Shown piece after piece: positions 46,095-58,400 of a stretch of DNA of 64,000 nt. Under the pieces are notes generated by a model. That model did not search any database and was not told the DNA's origin. It saw only the letters and a program-made list of their open reading frames with translations. The stretch lies in the NCBI GenBank assembly GCA_965235115.1, contig OZ249450.1:12834001-12898000 (forward strand), given 5' to 3'. The position numbers and the translations under genes are program-made. Source of the DNA: Laetmonice hystrix. Taxonomy: Eukaryota. Each line of letters begins with the position of its first letter. The first letter of the stretch is position 1.

Positions 46095-49000
46095 TCAGTG
46101 GGGCGGTCGATGAATGGGGAAGAACCCCGTATCTCCGAGACCCTCCAGGAACTCTAGAACCTTCTGAGGCATCAACCTGGAAACGGAATCAGCAATCTAG
46201 ATTCCTATATTCTAACTGTAGGTAGAACTCTGCACATGCTGCGGAACAGAAGCATGGGATAGACAGCGAAGCTTGAGGAAATCTAGTCAATTCCTTTGCC
46301 TTTTTTCATCAATGTCGATCTGCTAGTGCATGGTAATGCTCTGGTCTACACAGAATCTTTTGGTAGCGCCTACCAGATCATTATGCGCTCTCTTAAAGGG
46401 ATGATTAGCTGAAGGTGTGATCTTTAAAAGCCTAAGCAATTTAGGCGATTAGAAACGATTCACAATATAATAGGTCTTGGCCATCTGGATACAGTTACTT
46501 ACATCTTAATGTAGCTGATGCAGCTTGCCCACCGTGGGATATAGATGGTGAAATTGTCACGGAGAATTCCGTCTACAATGACGTCAGCAGTTTCGTCCAC
46601 GGTCAGTGGTTTAATGAACCTGATCCAAAACAAAAGCACCAATTACGTGTACAGCAATATACAAACGCTGGGTAAAAAAAATCCACATCTGTTCACTTCA
46701 ATAATGAATTTAGATTTGATTTCCGTCCGTTCGTAGACAGCGATTTCTCAGAAGTGTCTGGGCCAAATTGTATGGAACTTTACAATGATGAGGGACGGTC
46801 AGAGGAGGATGAACGTAAAAAATAAATATATTTTTGATATCATTCAACTGAGACAAAACGATCCCGATTTGTTTCAAGTAACCTTGATTGACCTTGAAAG
46901 CAAAGGTCAGTCAAGGTCATGCATATTTTCAATGGCCTGTATATCGAAAAGAGTTGAAGATAACGACAGTATCTTGCATGAAATATTACATAATATGATC
47001 GGGGACAGACTTAAGGATGACACAGGTCACATATGCTTGGTGGCCATCTTGGATATCAACTCATTAGCAATAACTCAAGACAAAGTGTCTGGATTTCTGG
47101 ATATTAACATTTGTCACCAGCTATTCCCTTTTACATGAGTGACCTTGTGAGCTCCATCAAGGCTAGAGACATTTTCGACGATTTATGGAGAAAACACTTA
47201 AACTTTTAAAGATAACCACTTATTACAAATGATGGATGAAGACATATGAGGGTTATCAAAGATGTTCTCACAAAGTACAAAGTATAGACCGACAGATACG
47301 TGTAATTAGACCCTATTAGTACCTATAGGCCTGTGTGACTCCCACGGGGTCTTTTGACAGTCATTTGAGTAGGCCTATATTAATTCAAGAAAAAGAGATA
47401 AATGCTTAATAAAGACTTTAGGCCCCTAGTCCGAATTTCATTTTACCAGTGGGGGATCCAGGGGGCCTAGGGGTTCCGGGCCCCCTTAGATTTTCCTTTT
47501 TTTTTGTTGGATGAAGATGCATTAGTACAGTCAAAAAAATATTAAGTGGGCCCCCCTTATCAAAATCCTGATGGTCTCCCTTGCCAAAATCCGGGTGCCC
47601 CCCTTTATCAAAATCCTGGATCCCCCACTGTTTTACGTTTAAATTTTTGGGTTTGCCCATCAGGTAAACTTACGGTGATCTAACTTGCACTCTGTCACTA
47701 ACTTTCTCCAGGAGGTTCGACTCCACAAGGTAGGGCATGACGATGGAGACCCTGATCATTTTGTTATATCCGTTTCGACAGAGCTCAAAATGTAAAGACT
47801 CTGTAAACCCAACGGATCCGAACTTTGAAGCGCTAAAACAGAACCACGAATTAGGAGAGCATAGGGAATATGTGAAAGCCCAGACATATTTCCGATTTCC
47901 AATAATTGATTGATTTATTAGATTAGTTCAATGCTTGATTGATTGATTGAATACCAGTAGTCAGCCAGCATTGGTGCGCCACTGATCCCGGCCATGGACG
48001 ATATGGTCACAATATGACCGGACTGCTGGGAAATCATATCTGGAAGGAACTCACGAACCGTCTGAAATCATGAAACATGGCGAAAGGTTATTCAAAGCAT
48101 GCTTATTTACTGGAGCACTGGCATTTTCATGTTCCCTAAAAAGATTAGTACATGGATTCCTTTTAACAATATACATGTACACATTGGTATATTTCAGTTG
48201 TTTAGTGCATTTTAGGGTTCAGAATCAGTGGATAGCCATAGACCTAGTTTAATAGGCCTTTACATTAGTCTTTGGGACTTCTCATTCATGTTTTGATTTG
48301 ACTCTTTCCCTTTTATATCTATATAGGACCGTGATTCTTAAAGGGGGAGTTTATCCCTTCCAGAAGACCGTGATTCTTAAAGGGGTGGGGGTGGGGGGGG
48401 GGGGGGGAGTATCCTACCCAGAAGTGAGCCAGGGTATTCACGCCTATGGTTCGACGTATTTCTTCTTCCGACAAGTCGAGTAGTTCCCTACATGGCATGA
48501 CCCCAGCGTTGTTGATAAGTATATCGACATTCCCACCGACGTCACTGCGCGAGAGCTGTGCCTTTCGGATAACGTCTGCGTTATTGCTGACGTCACACTG
48601 CTGCGCATGCGCCTCAATGCCCTGGTCTTTTAGCATCCGAGCAGTTTCATCGTTTGCAGCCTTCGGGAGACAGCGATACCTTTTCATTACAAGACATTTG
48701 GAAAAGTAGTACATTCAAGAACATTTGTATGAATCCTAGAGTAGGCCTACAAAGTCAAAGCCAGATTGACAGTTAGAATGGGTCTATATCTGCAAGTAAT
48801 TTTTGATCACTTTTTACCAGTGAAATTGGGGTAGACAGGGTTTCCTGGAGCATGTCATCTTTTGGGTGGGAGTTGAAGGTCTTGGCCGGTGGTGGTGGTG
48901 GTGGTGGTGGTGGTGGTGGTAGTGTGTGTGTGTGTTGGGGGGGGGGGGGGGGGGCTAGGGTTAGGAGGCGTAGGGTGACGAAATGGGCCTGCCGAAAACC

Positions 49001-52000
49001 CTGGTAGAGGCTTACTCGAAAATACCTTGGGGTGATTCGAGCGCTATTAGCGTCGAGATACATGACAAGAAAGGCCTGTGTAGCGAGGCAGTGAGTGAAC
49101 CGTCATATCCAACCGAGCCAGGTAGTAGTGCATTATTGAAATATGCTCTTTTGGTGTCGAACGTGCAAATTTCCTGGTCAAGGGAAACGTTTGAAGTGGA
49201 AAAAACGATCAGCTAATTTGGCAGTTGTTTATGCAACAGGATCTCTAGGTTTGACTTTCGAATTAAAACCAAATAGAGACATTGAGCTACTTGTATCATG
49301 AACATGGTACTATCGCAGTATTGCCAGTCCACTGGCTTTGGCAAGAGCACAACATTTCAGTTGATACCATGGCTGATGCAGACCACCAAATACCGCAAGC
49401 ACTGCCCACGTGATGATATATATTCTCGGCTCAATGTACCCATAATGCAGTGCCCAAAATGGCTGAAGTCACCCGCGGTTACTTTCAAGAAGAAACGACC
49501 GAGGGATTCCCGATTGGTATTATACCAGACCTTTCACTTTCAAAAAGCAATGATTCCCCATCGAGGATACATTGATTGTGAACACGGTTGATGTAGGCGG
49601 CCTTGTGGTTATATGCGAAGTGCTTTAATCATTGCTTCAAACTATCCAAAGTCCTCGGGGATGGACGGTAACGACCGAGATACGGCCGTGATCTTGAGTG
49701 GCCTTTAGCTCTAGAGAGGGGTCATGTGAACATCCAACTAACCACTTAACTTTTGACAAAAAGATAAATGATAAAAACACCAATTACGCACTGAGGATCG
49801 GTCAGGGCCAATCTAGAAGTAGAGCCTATATTCAATGTAAAGCTGAAATTCACAGTGTCGTTGGGTGGTGTCAAGTATTTGCAGATATATTGCATCCAGG
49901 GCTCCGTCCCTCCAAATCAAAATTCTAATTTCTAAGGAAATTGCAAGTGAGCTTTCAAAATCATATAAATAAAAAGAAGACTGCATAGACTGACCCCCTT
50001 TCCGGAAAGCCATGAGTTAATTACCCACATTGACGTTACAATGAAATGGGGCCCATTCTACGGTAACTGACGGGGAACTGCGTACTTCAGCTGTTGAATG
50101 AGATTGGACGAAAGACATCCACCAGTTAAAAGGTCATATTGACTTATTGTAAGGTTGGTGAACCCAGACAAAGTCTGGTTGCAATAGAGAGACTAACGTC
50201 AGTACGTGTGCGTTGGGGGTGATACTGGTGTCCAACCTCTTAAATAGAACATAGAACATAGCTCCGAGCGATTCCTATAAAGCAGGTGGGCGAGGGGGGG
50301 GGGATAAAACTGTAGGTAGCGAATTGGTAATGAGGTTCAAGTAGAATTTTCTGAGTACTTCTTGACGCTCACAGTGAAGGCCGATAAGGTTATCTGGTAT
50401 TACGATGTATAGTACTAGATACCCACACCTTGCTATAGATAACGCAATCTTACCTGGGCGTTCTGGCTGATTCTCTCCGGGTTTCATCAATGATAGGTGT
50501 ATGTAAACGTTTATCTTTATCGATGGTGCTGCAGAGTCTGCACTTCACACATACTAATGACACCGAGAAATTGAGGAAAAGGGGACGTTTTACAGGAATT
50601 TGAAAATGTTCTTTCGGAGGTATATAGGGAACTGATGTAGGGATTATGGTTAGGGGCTAAGGCTTAGGGATAGGAATTTTGCTTGGGTGCTTGAATTTTT
50701 CTACAAATTCCATGGGGATCTTGGTCATCTTACTAGGCCTATATAGGGGATATACAAAGGATTTTCTGCCCCGTTTGCACTTTAAAGCTACGATGGACGT
50801 CCAATGATATGTTCTCAGATTCTGGTTTCATGGTGTCGAATATAATAGTACTGCTCCCCACGTATAGTGGTATGATCTCACATTTCGAGACTATCAGGGT
50901 GTCGACTACTGTCCTCGTACTGGATGACCGTACCATGAGTCGAGTTCACCAGGATTGGATCTAGGATTTTGGAAGGGGTGAGCATGTGAAGGTGGTCTTT
51001 TCGCACCATCACACTCTTTTCTTCTTTTTTTCACCCATTTTATCGATCAAAAAAGGGGGGTTACCGCCATGCCCCCCATGGATCCGCACCATTCAGCGCA
51101 GTGTCAGGGGGTTGAGAAGATATAGGAGAGACTCTCACCCTCTGAGGGACTGAGGTAGGGTAGTGACAGTTATGTATTGTCATGGCTCGGCGTTGTGTCA
51201 TACAGTTCGACATTGTCTATTTTGCCCCTTCGCCCCATTCTTTGTTAGGCCAAAAAAAAAGTTTCGTTTCTTGTCCTTTTATATAAAAAAAATTGGTACG
51301 GTGACGCGGTTTTTTTTCATCTTTCTTTTTTTTTTTTGGATGCAACTAGACAACGGCCGATTCTTCGAATGCAATTGCTGTTGGGTACATCTTGAAGAAA
51401 AGACTAATGCAATGATGTTCAATGTTTTAGAATGTGTAAAACTCACATAAAATCAACAAGACTAACAGAACAACGCCAACGCCAAAGAACCGTTGCAACG
51501 TTCTGTCACAGCGCTACACTGCCCACCATTATGAAGCAGTCGGATTTAAAAAAAAAAGACTTGACGCGGGGGTTTTTAGGTGACGCGCGCGGGGACAAGA
51601 AACGAATCTATTTTTTTGTGCCTTACCTCCGCCAACGAAGTTGGAAGGGGGTTATGTTTTCAGCTCGGTCTGTCAGGCATAGGCACGGATCGGGGAGGGG
51701 GCACAGGGGGCATGTGCCCTACTTCAGTTACCAGAGCATTTTTATACCCAAAAAATCCTGGATCCGTGTCTGGTATGTTTCAGGTCTGATTGGTCTCGTT
51801 CCACGGTATACAGTCGATTAGATTTTGGGGAAGATGCGTATGTTTTCCTGGATTCAGGATCATTTGCCATTTCTTTAAAATGGCCCAAATGGAGGACTAC
51901 TGCTCCGGTCGTTTTCAGCTCTGCTGGACCTGATCGAACTGGCTGGAGTATCTCGTGACACTGCTAGATATAGGAACCCGCAGGTCGGTTTGTGAGGACG

Positions 52001-52449
52001 GGATTAACCCCGGATCAGGTTCTTATCGCTGGCCTGGAATGTTCTAGGCCGTTGTAACCGGGGGCTGGAGCTATAGCCCCTCCATTCTTTTTATAAAGAA
52101 ATTCACAGCTTTCCCCAATCAGCTCCTCCTTGGTATAATAAGCTATTAATTGGATCTACCCCCTGGCGGGGGGGGGGGGGGGGGGGTACTGACCGGGGCC
52201 GGGGGACAGACTGACTGGCTACCAGTTTTCGCTCACCTTATCAATGTCCCAGAGAACGAGCCGGGCCCCCAGACCGCCCAACCTCCGCGCCAGTTGGCGA
52301 CCGATCCCGGATCCTGCTCCCGTCACTAGGACCACTCTCCCCCGTACGTCCTTACGTGGCCGGCGGCGGACCACCAACCTGTAGATGGCCTCGGCGTACA
52401 GCACAAGGAGACGGTAACCGATGGCTAGGACATCCAGTAAACCCGACAT
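46095..52449 (-). CDS. Short-chain dehydrogenase/reductase, SDR16C (epidermal retinol dehydrogenase/RDH10/HSD17B11-like), 306 aa, 6 exons
   Basis: Exons 52449-52237, 48660-48418, 48061-47955, 47832-47674, 46619-46503, 46176-46095 (921 nt). N-terminal hydrophobic anchor, [35 protein letters not shown], catalytic YCASK. Confidence 0.92.
47447..47630. mobile_element. CAGTGGGGGATCC...GGATCCCCCACTG MITE with 6-bp TSD
   Basis: Perfect 13-bp TIR, TTTTAC on both flanks, internal repeats of CCCC..CAAAATCC. Confidence 0.75.
49245..50545 (+). pseudogene. Decayed RecQ-type (SF2) helicase, probably transposon-derived (Academ-like), in SDR intron 1
   Basis: Collinear relics across frameshifts and stops: [34 protein letters not shown] (Walker A, 49331-49348), GLVVICEV (DEAH-like, about 49600-49625), VSTCALG (motif V, about 50198), QVGEGGD (motif VI-like, 50283), CCRVC (Zn module, 50527-50541). 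Confidence 0.6.
51248..51622 (+). mobile_element. PIF/Harbinger-like MITE, copy 1
   Basis: TIR GGCCAAAAAAAAAGTTTCGTTTCTTGTCC / GGACAAGAAACGAATCTATTTTTTTTGTGCC; TTA target duplication. Confidence 0.8.
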
Positions 52450-53275
52450 GATGAGGGTCAGTCGGAGGGTGGAGGAGGGAACCTTCATATACCAAACCCG
52501 AGAGGATAAGGTGCATGGTGCACTGAGAGAGGATGGGGGGGGGGGGGGCTGAACCCGTCACGTGGGGTGGGATCCATGGCCGGCAAGATTAGATAATAGG
52601 CCTCAACTTTGTTTGGAGTCGACCAAGGTGAACGCCAACTGTATTCTCTACAGTGCGACTGGCATGATACGGTAATCGCGAGAAGATAAAAATATTAGAT
52701 AGATATGTATTTTCTGCGGTGGGTTAGGCCTAGTCTTAACACTTACGTGGCAGGAACCAAGTCGGGGGTTTATTCATAAAAATCTAAAGTCGTCGGTACA
52801 CTACAGGTACAGGGCGAGTAAAAAAAACAACTATACCCTCAATAATATGCTGATGAATCAGATAGCTTATTTGGCAAAATCAGAACACAGTAATTGGTAC
52901 AGAAAAAGTTACTATTGTGCTTCAATTTGGTGGTTGATCCACTCGGATGTGACCAATAATATCAAAATAATGGCTATTTAAAAAAAAAGGCCTACCACTT
53001 GAACTAAGCTATAGGGAGACTAGGCCTATAGGGAGACTCAATCCAAACAAGCACGTGAGTTAGGCCTATAGTCTTTCTGTACCAATTAGGCCTACTATAT
53101 ATTACCCTTATCTTACCAATATCTGATTCATCAGCCTAATTTTGAGTGTATGGTTTTTTTACTCGCCCTGTAGGCCTATAAAAATATCCCACCACAATAC
53201 TGCTTTCCTTGTCGGTAGATTAAAGTCGCCATTGTTTGTGAAGGAAAGGAACTCGAGAATTCCTTGACCTTGCTT

Positions 53276-54124
53276 CATTAATACTGGACATGATCACTAG
53301 TAGCCAGTTTATCGGGCTCCTTCTTCACGTCTTGTATAATGTGCCTCATTAATACTGGGCATGATCAATAGTAGCCAGTTTATCGGGCTCCTTCTTCACG
53401 TCTTGTGTAATGTGCCTCATTAATACTGGACATGATCACTAGTAGCCAGTTTATCGGGCTCCTTCTTTACGTCTTGTATAATGTGCCTCATTAATACTGG
53501 ACATGATCACTAGTGGCCAGTTTATCGGGCTCCTTCTTCACGTCTTGTATAATGTGCCTCATTAATACTGGACATGATCACTAGTGGCCAGTTTATCGGG
53601 CTCCTTCTTCACGTCTTGTATAATGTGCCTCATTAATACTGGGCATGATCAATAGTAGCCAGTTTATCGGGCTCCTTCTTCACGTCTTGTGTAATGTGCC
53701 TCATTAATACTGGACATGATCACTAGTAGCCAGTTTATCGGGCTCCTTCTTTACGTCTTGTATAATGTGCCTCATTAATACTGGACATGATCACTAGTGG
53801 CCAGTTTATCGGGCTCCTTCTTCACGTCTTGTATAATGTGCCTCATTAATACTGGACATGATCACTAGTGGCCAGTTTATCGGGCTCCTTCTTTACGTCT
53901 TGTATAATGTGCCTCATTAATACTGGACATGATCACTAGTGGCCAGTTTATCGGGCTCCTTCTTCACGTCTTGTGTAATGTGCCTAATTAATACTGGACA
54001 TGATCAATAGTAGCCAGTTTATCGGGCTCCTTCTTCACGTCTTGTGTAATGTGCCTCATTAATACTGGACATGATCAATAGTAGCCAGTTTATCGGGCTA
54101 TACTTCTTCACGTCTTGTGTAATG
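53276..54124. repeat. 71-bp minisatellite, 12 copies, upstream of the SDR gene
   Basis: Unit CATTAATACTGGACATGATCACTAGTAGCCAGTTTATCGGGCTCCTTCTTCACGTCTTGTATAATGTGCCT; copy 1 at 53276 and copy 12 at 54057 (11 x 71). Confidence 0.97.
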
Positions 54125-54694
54125 GATTCACCCCGAAATTCGAGCCCGGATGGGAGCGAGCGATTATCATGTCGCGCGCGCATCTGGTGGAAATTACTAC
54201 AATCTCTTAAACTATTTCTATACTTTTGACGGAAATCGGGTATAATTATAAAGACCACCCATAATTTGAGATCCGCTGATATTAACAACCCGTCATTCTT
54301 CAGATACCAATCATGACAATTCCATCGGCGATTTTAATTGCAGAAATATTTCATTTATTTATTCACTCAATATACAATAGCACGTTCTCCTGTAACGGCT
54401 GCCTTTATTAATTCTATGCACGAACTCTATCTTTACTCTATGTTCGAGCTGTACAACTCATTTTCCCGTCAGTAGTAATACGCGTTCATTTATAGTTAGC
54501 AACACGCCCTCCCCCTCTGTCCAGTTTGGTTTAGAGGACATTAAATTTACTAGCGGAACTTCTGAATTTACCACGCTGACCCCCCGGGGCGGAACCAGGT
54601 GCTCTGTAGGGGGGGGGGGGGGTGCGCGCACCATCAAAGATATAGACCTGTACTTGTGAGGTCTCCAAAGTATAGGACTGTGCATCGGTGCTTA

Positions 54695-55088
54695 GGCCAA
54701 AAAAAAAAATAGATTCGTTTCTTGTCCCCGCGCGCGTCACCTAAAAACCCCCGCGTCAAGTCTTTTTTTTTTTTCAAATCCGACTGCTTCATATGGTGGG
54801 CAGTGTAGCGCTGTGACAGAACGTTGCAACGGTTCTTTGGCGTTGGCGTTTTTCTGTTAGTCTTGTTGACTTTAGGTGAGTTTTACACGTTCTAAAACAT
54901 TGAACATCATTGTATTGGTCTTTTCTTCAAGATTTATGTACCCAACAGCAATTGCATTCGAAGAATCGGCCGTTGTCTAGTTGCATCCAAAAAAAAAAAG
55001 AAAGACCAAAAAAAAAAAAAAAACCGCGTCACCGCACCATTTTTTTTATATGAAAGGACAAGAAACGAAACTTTTTTTTTTTTTGGCC
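54695..55088 (-). mobile_element. PIF/Harbinger-like MITE, copy 2 (inverted relative to copy 1)
   Basis: Near-identical reverse complement of 51248-51622; GGCC termini, TTA on both flanks. Confidence 0.8.
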
Positions 55089-55497
55089 TTATCACTATTT
55101 TACGACTACTTAATAGGCCTACATAGGCCTATAGGTTCCAAGTTCCAAGATTTAAAATGCGGGTCATGCGAGCGCCGAAGGCGCGAAGCCCCGAGTGGGG
55201 AATCTGGGGGCCCTCACCCAAACAAATATGAAAATTAAAGTGCCAAATACGCGTTTTTTTCTGGCATCTCAGACCAAATTCCAAGGTCTTACAGTTAGCA
55301 GAAAAAAGTTTTTTTTCATTAGCAATTCGTTAAAAAGTCAGTCTGCAAAAAGGGACCCAGTGCCCCCCCCCCCCCGGTGATCCGCGGCTGCCCCCTTTGC
55401 AAATTCTCCCCCTAACCGTCCTTACCAAAATCCTAGATCCGCCCCTGTAATTCTGTAAGATATGCAAAATGAGCATAGTATTTCCAGACGCTTTCAT

Positions 55498-58400
55498 TCA
55501 CAGTTTACTCCCAAGGTTGTACAGATGGAACAAGTTGACACAGAACGACACAAGGTTGGCCACCGACGACAGGCCATGCCAATAGAGGAAGTTCTTGCGG
55601 GTTTTCGCGTAAGTTTCGTTCTTCTGAAGTTCCGGGTAGGTTTTGTAACCGACCTCGTTCCCGACCCCGGCCTCCTTCTCGATACTGTACATGCGGTCCA
55701 TGTTTCTTAGGTTGCCTGGGACCAGAATGAACCGGTTTATGACGATCACGACAATAGCTGCTCCCATGACTGCCACCTAAAAATTAAGGGAAACAATTAT
55801 ATGGCATGGACAGAGAAATAGCTTTGCTGATTTCTAAAAGTATACTCTGGGAATGGCGTTTAGATTTTAAACAGAATCCTATACACATTTTTGTCCCCAC
55901 TTTTTTAACACATCATTGGTCTAAACATGTCAAGAACACTAGTTTGAGTCTAGTCTTGAACTGTCTGGAAGTAAATCATGATACACAGAGGCGGATCTAG
56001 GGGGGGGGGGGGGCAGGGGCCCGCCCCCCCCTAAATTTTGGACAAGTATACAAAATGTAGTATAACTTAGGCCCAAATGAACCCAGCCACCCCATTCGAG
56101 CAGTAAAGTAAGGTCTAAGAGTAAACCTGGAGATTTATGAAGATTGAAATTTGTATAAAACATAAAAGGGTCCTATATATTATGCGTAAAAGGTCCATTT
56201 TAAGAGATCAAGCAGCCCCCCCCCCTCAAAAAAAAGAAGAAGAAAAGTCTGTGTATCGGCGTGGTAAGGAAACTTTCGTGAGGTTGTACCAACCTGAATC
56301 CATTCCTCAGTGGTAAAATGGTCAAACATATGTAAGTAGGTCATGAGCTGTATGACTGATGTGATCAGACCGAGGGTGAAGTAACGAGGGAAGAGTTTCG
56401 ATTGGACGGCACCAAAGTCATGACGTCGTAACGTCCTGATCATCGTCACACCTAAAAAATAATAAATTATAAATAAAAGATAAATCAATACCATCTCTAG
56501 AGAGGCGCATATATGGAGCATTGTACCTCGGCCTAAGCAGTGGGAAGGGGTAGAATTTTGATAGGGGCCTATATATGTAGGGTAGGCCCCTTAGCCTATT
56601 CAGGATCCTTAGACTGAGATTAGCCTATCCTGGATAAGATAGGTGTAGCCCCATAGGTAAATATAGATTGATAGATAAATCAACCTTTTATTATAATAGG
56701 CCTATGTATATGCCTAGAGGATTATGCCATTTTTTCAATATAGACCTAGACCTAGCAGATTTCTTAGCCTCCACCCGTCTGAAAATTAGGCCTGGGCCTA
56801 ATCTTGGCCTGGAGACACCCCCTATCGTGGATCAGGAAAGTGGAAAACCTTTTGGTGGATAATCAGCCCATTTTCAGGAGGCCCCATAATTTCTTTTTCA
56901 GGAACGCTAGCTGGCGACGTGTTTTTGAACATTTCTCACAACTCTTTCAATGAAATTCCTTTCTTTTTGTGTGTGCACGAAACATAGAAAATAGGCAAGA
57001 GTTGGTGCCCCCCTATTATGTCCTTGTCCAATCAGAGGATAGGCCTACATGCAGGCATAGGCCTACAGCCTAATTATACCACGGCCTTTTGGAAACCTAG
57101 CTCTCGGCCTCTTGCCGAGGCCGTCGACTAACGAGGTGCTCTGCGGTGTGCGCCAACAACGTGCCACACGGTCAATATGCGGCAGCGCCTGCTGGCGGGA
57201 ATTTTTGGAAACACGAAATAAATGACACTTTCTGCGACGTATACAGGCATATGTTTAAACGCGAATCATTCGGGATGATTTGACGATCCACTTATAATCT
57301 TTAAAGAGAACTGAATTTTAATGGTCAATTCAGTCAGTGACGTAACGTGTTATTCCTGCTTCCGCCATGAATGTCTGACGGCCGACAGCAGCGCCACTGG
57401 TGGCCTGGAATGATTAGTTCCACATAAACCGCTAGATGGCAGTCAGAAGTTTTAGTTTACTGTTAAAACGATAGATGGCAGCACAGGACCTTCCGTCCAA
57501 CAGTTTCAAAGGTGGCCGCTTGGGGTCCTGGGGGTCAGATCTTAGATCTAGGCCTATTTCATGCTCAGCCGACAATCAAGATCCAAGATAGGCATTTACG
57601 ACAAGCTAGGTTTTTAGCCCCCCCCCCCAGCAAATTTGCTGGATAAATCTAGGGCCTATGCTCCAGAAATTGAGCTGGAAAGGACGTTAAAACTGGCATT
57701 CTTCCTAAAACATAGTAGTATAGGCTATAGCCATTAAGTTAGGCCCATTAAGTTAGTTAGGCCTATAGGCCTAATAGACATTTCCTCCCTGCGCGGCACT
57801 AATTCCTGAACTTTTAGGATTATAGCAGATATAGGCCCTACCTATAGGTCTGTATTTTGTTATTTTATAAAATATAATAGTCATACCTGCAATGAAACTA
57901 ACCCAGAACTGGGTTCCAAAGTGAGTCGCGAACGCCCCGAGGTGAATCACCTTGTGTAGGGTGATTAAGTTGACATGTCCAACACTTGGGTAGAAAGAGT
58001 AACTCAGGGCGATTACAGCGACACCTACCGCCAGATGTATCGGCCACATGACCCTGAAACATGACAAGGAGGTGGTATTGATTTCTGATCAGCGAGGGAC
58101 GGTCAAGGTTAGAGCAGGTGTAGGCTACAGCAGGTAGCAGGGTACTATGACATCGGCGAAACAGTTGGGGGGGGGGGGCAGGTCCATTCATGGTATAGGG
58201 CCGACTGGGGTGCATGGATCAACAATTTTGGGAGAGGAAATTCAGAAATTAAATAATGCCAAATGGGGTAGGCTACTGCGGGTGTCTATAGCCTAGGCCT
58301 ATATTTTCCGATATTTTCTTCCGGCCTTTATCTCCACCAATCTCCACCAAATGTCTGAATTAATTTTCAAGTATGGGTCTAAAATGCATGCCTGCAACAA

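Noticed and set aside
46294-46431. Alternative last exon for the SDR ([14 protein letters not shown]...)
   Set aside because: In frame but needs a 71-nt intron with a weak acceptor. The exon at 46176-46095 has a better acceptor and a family-like [10 protein letters not shown] sequence.
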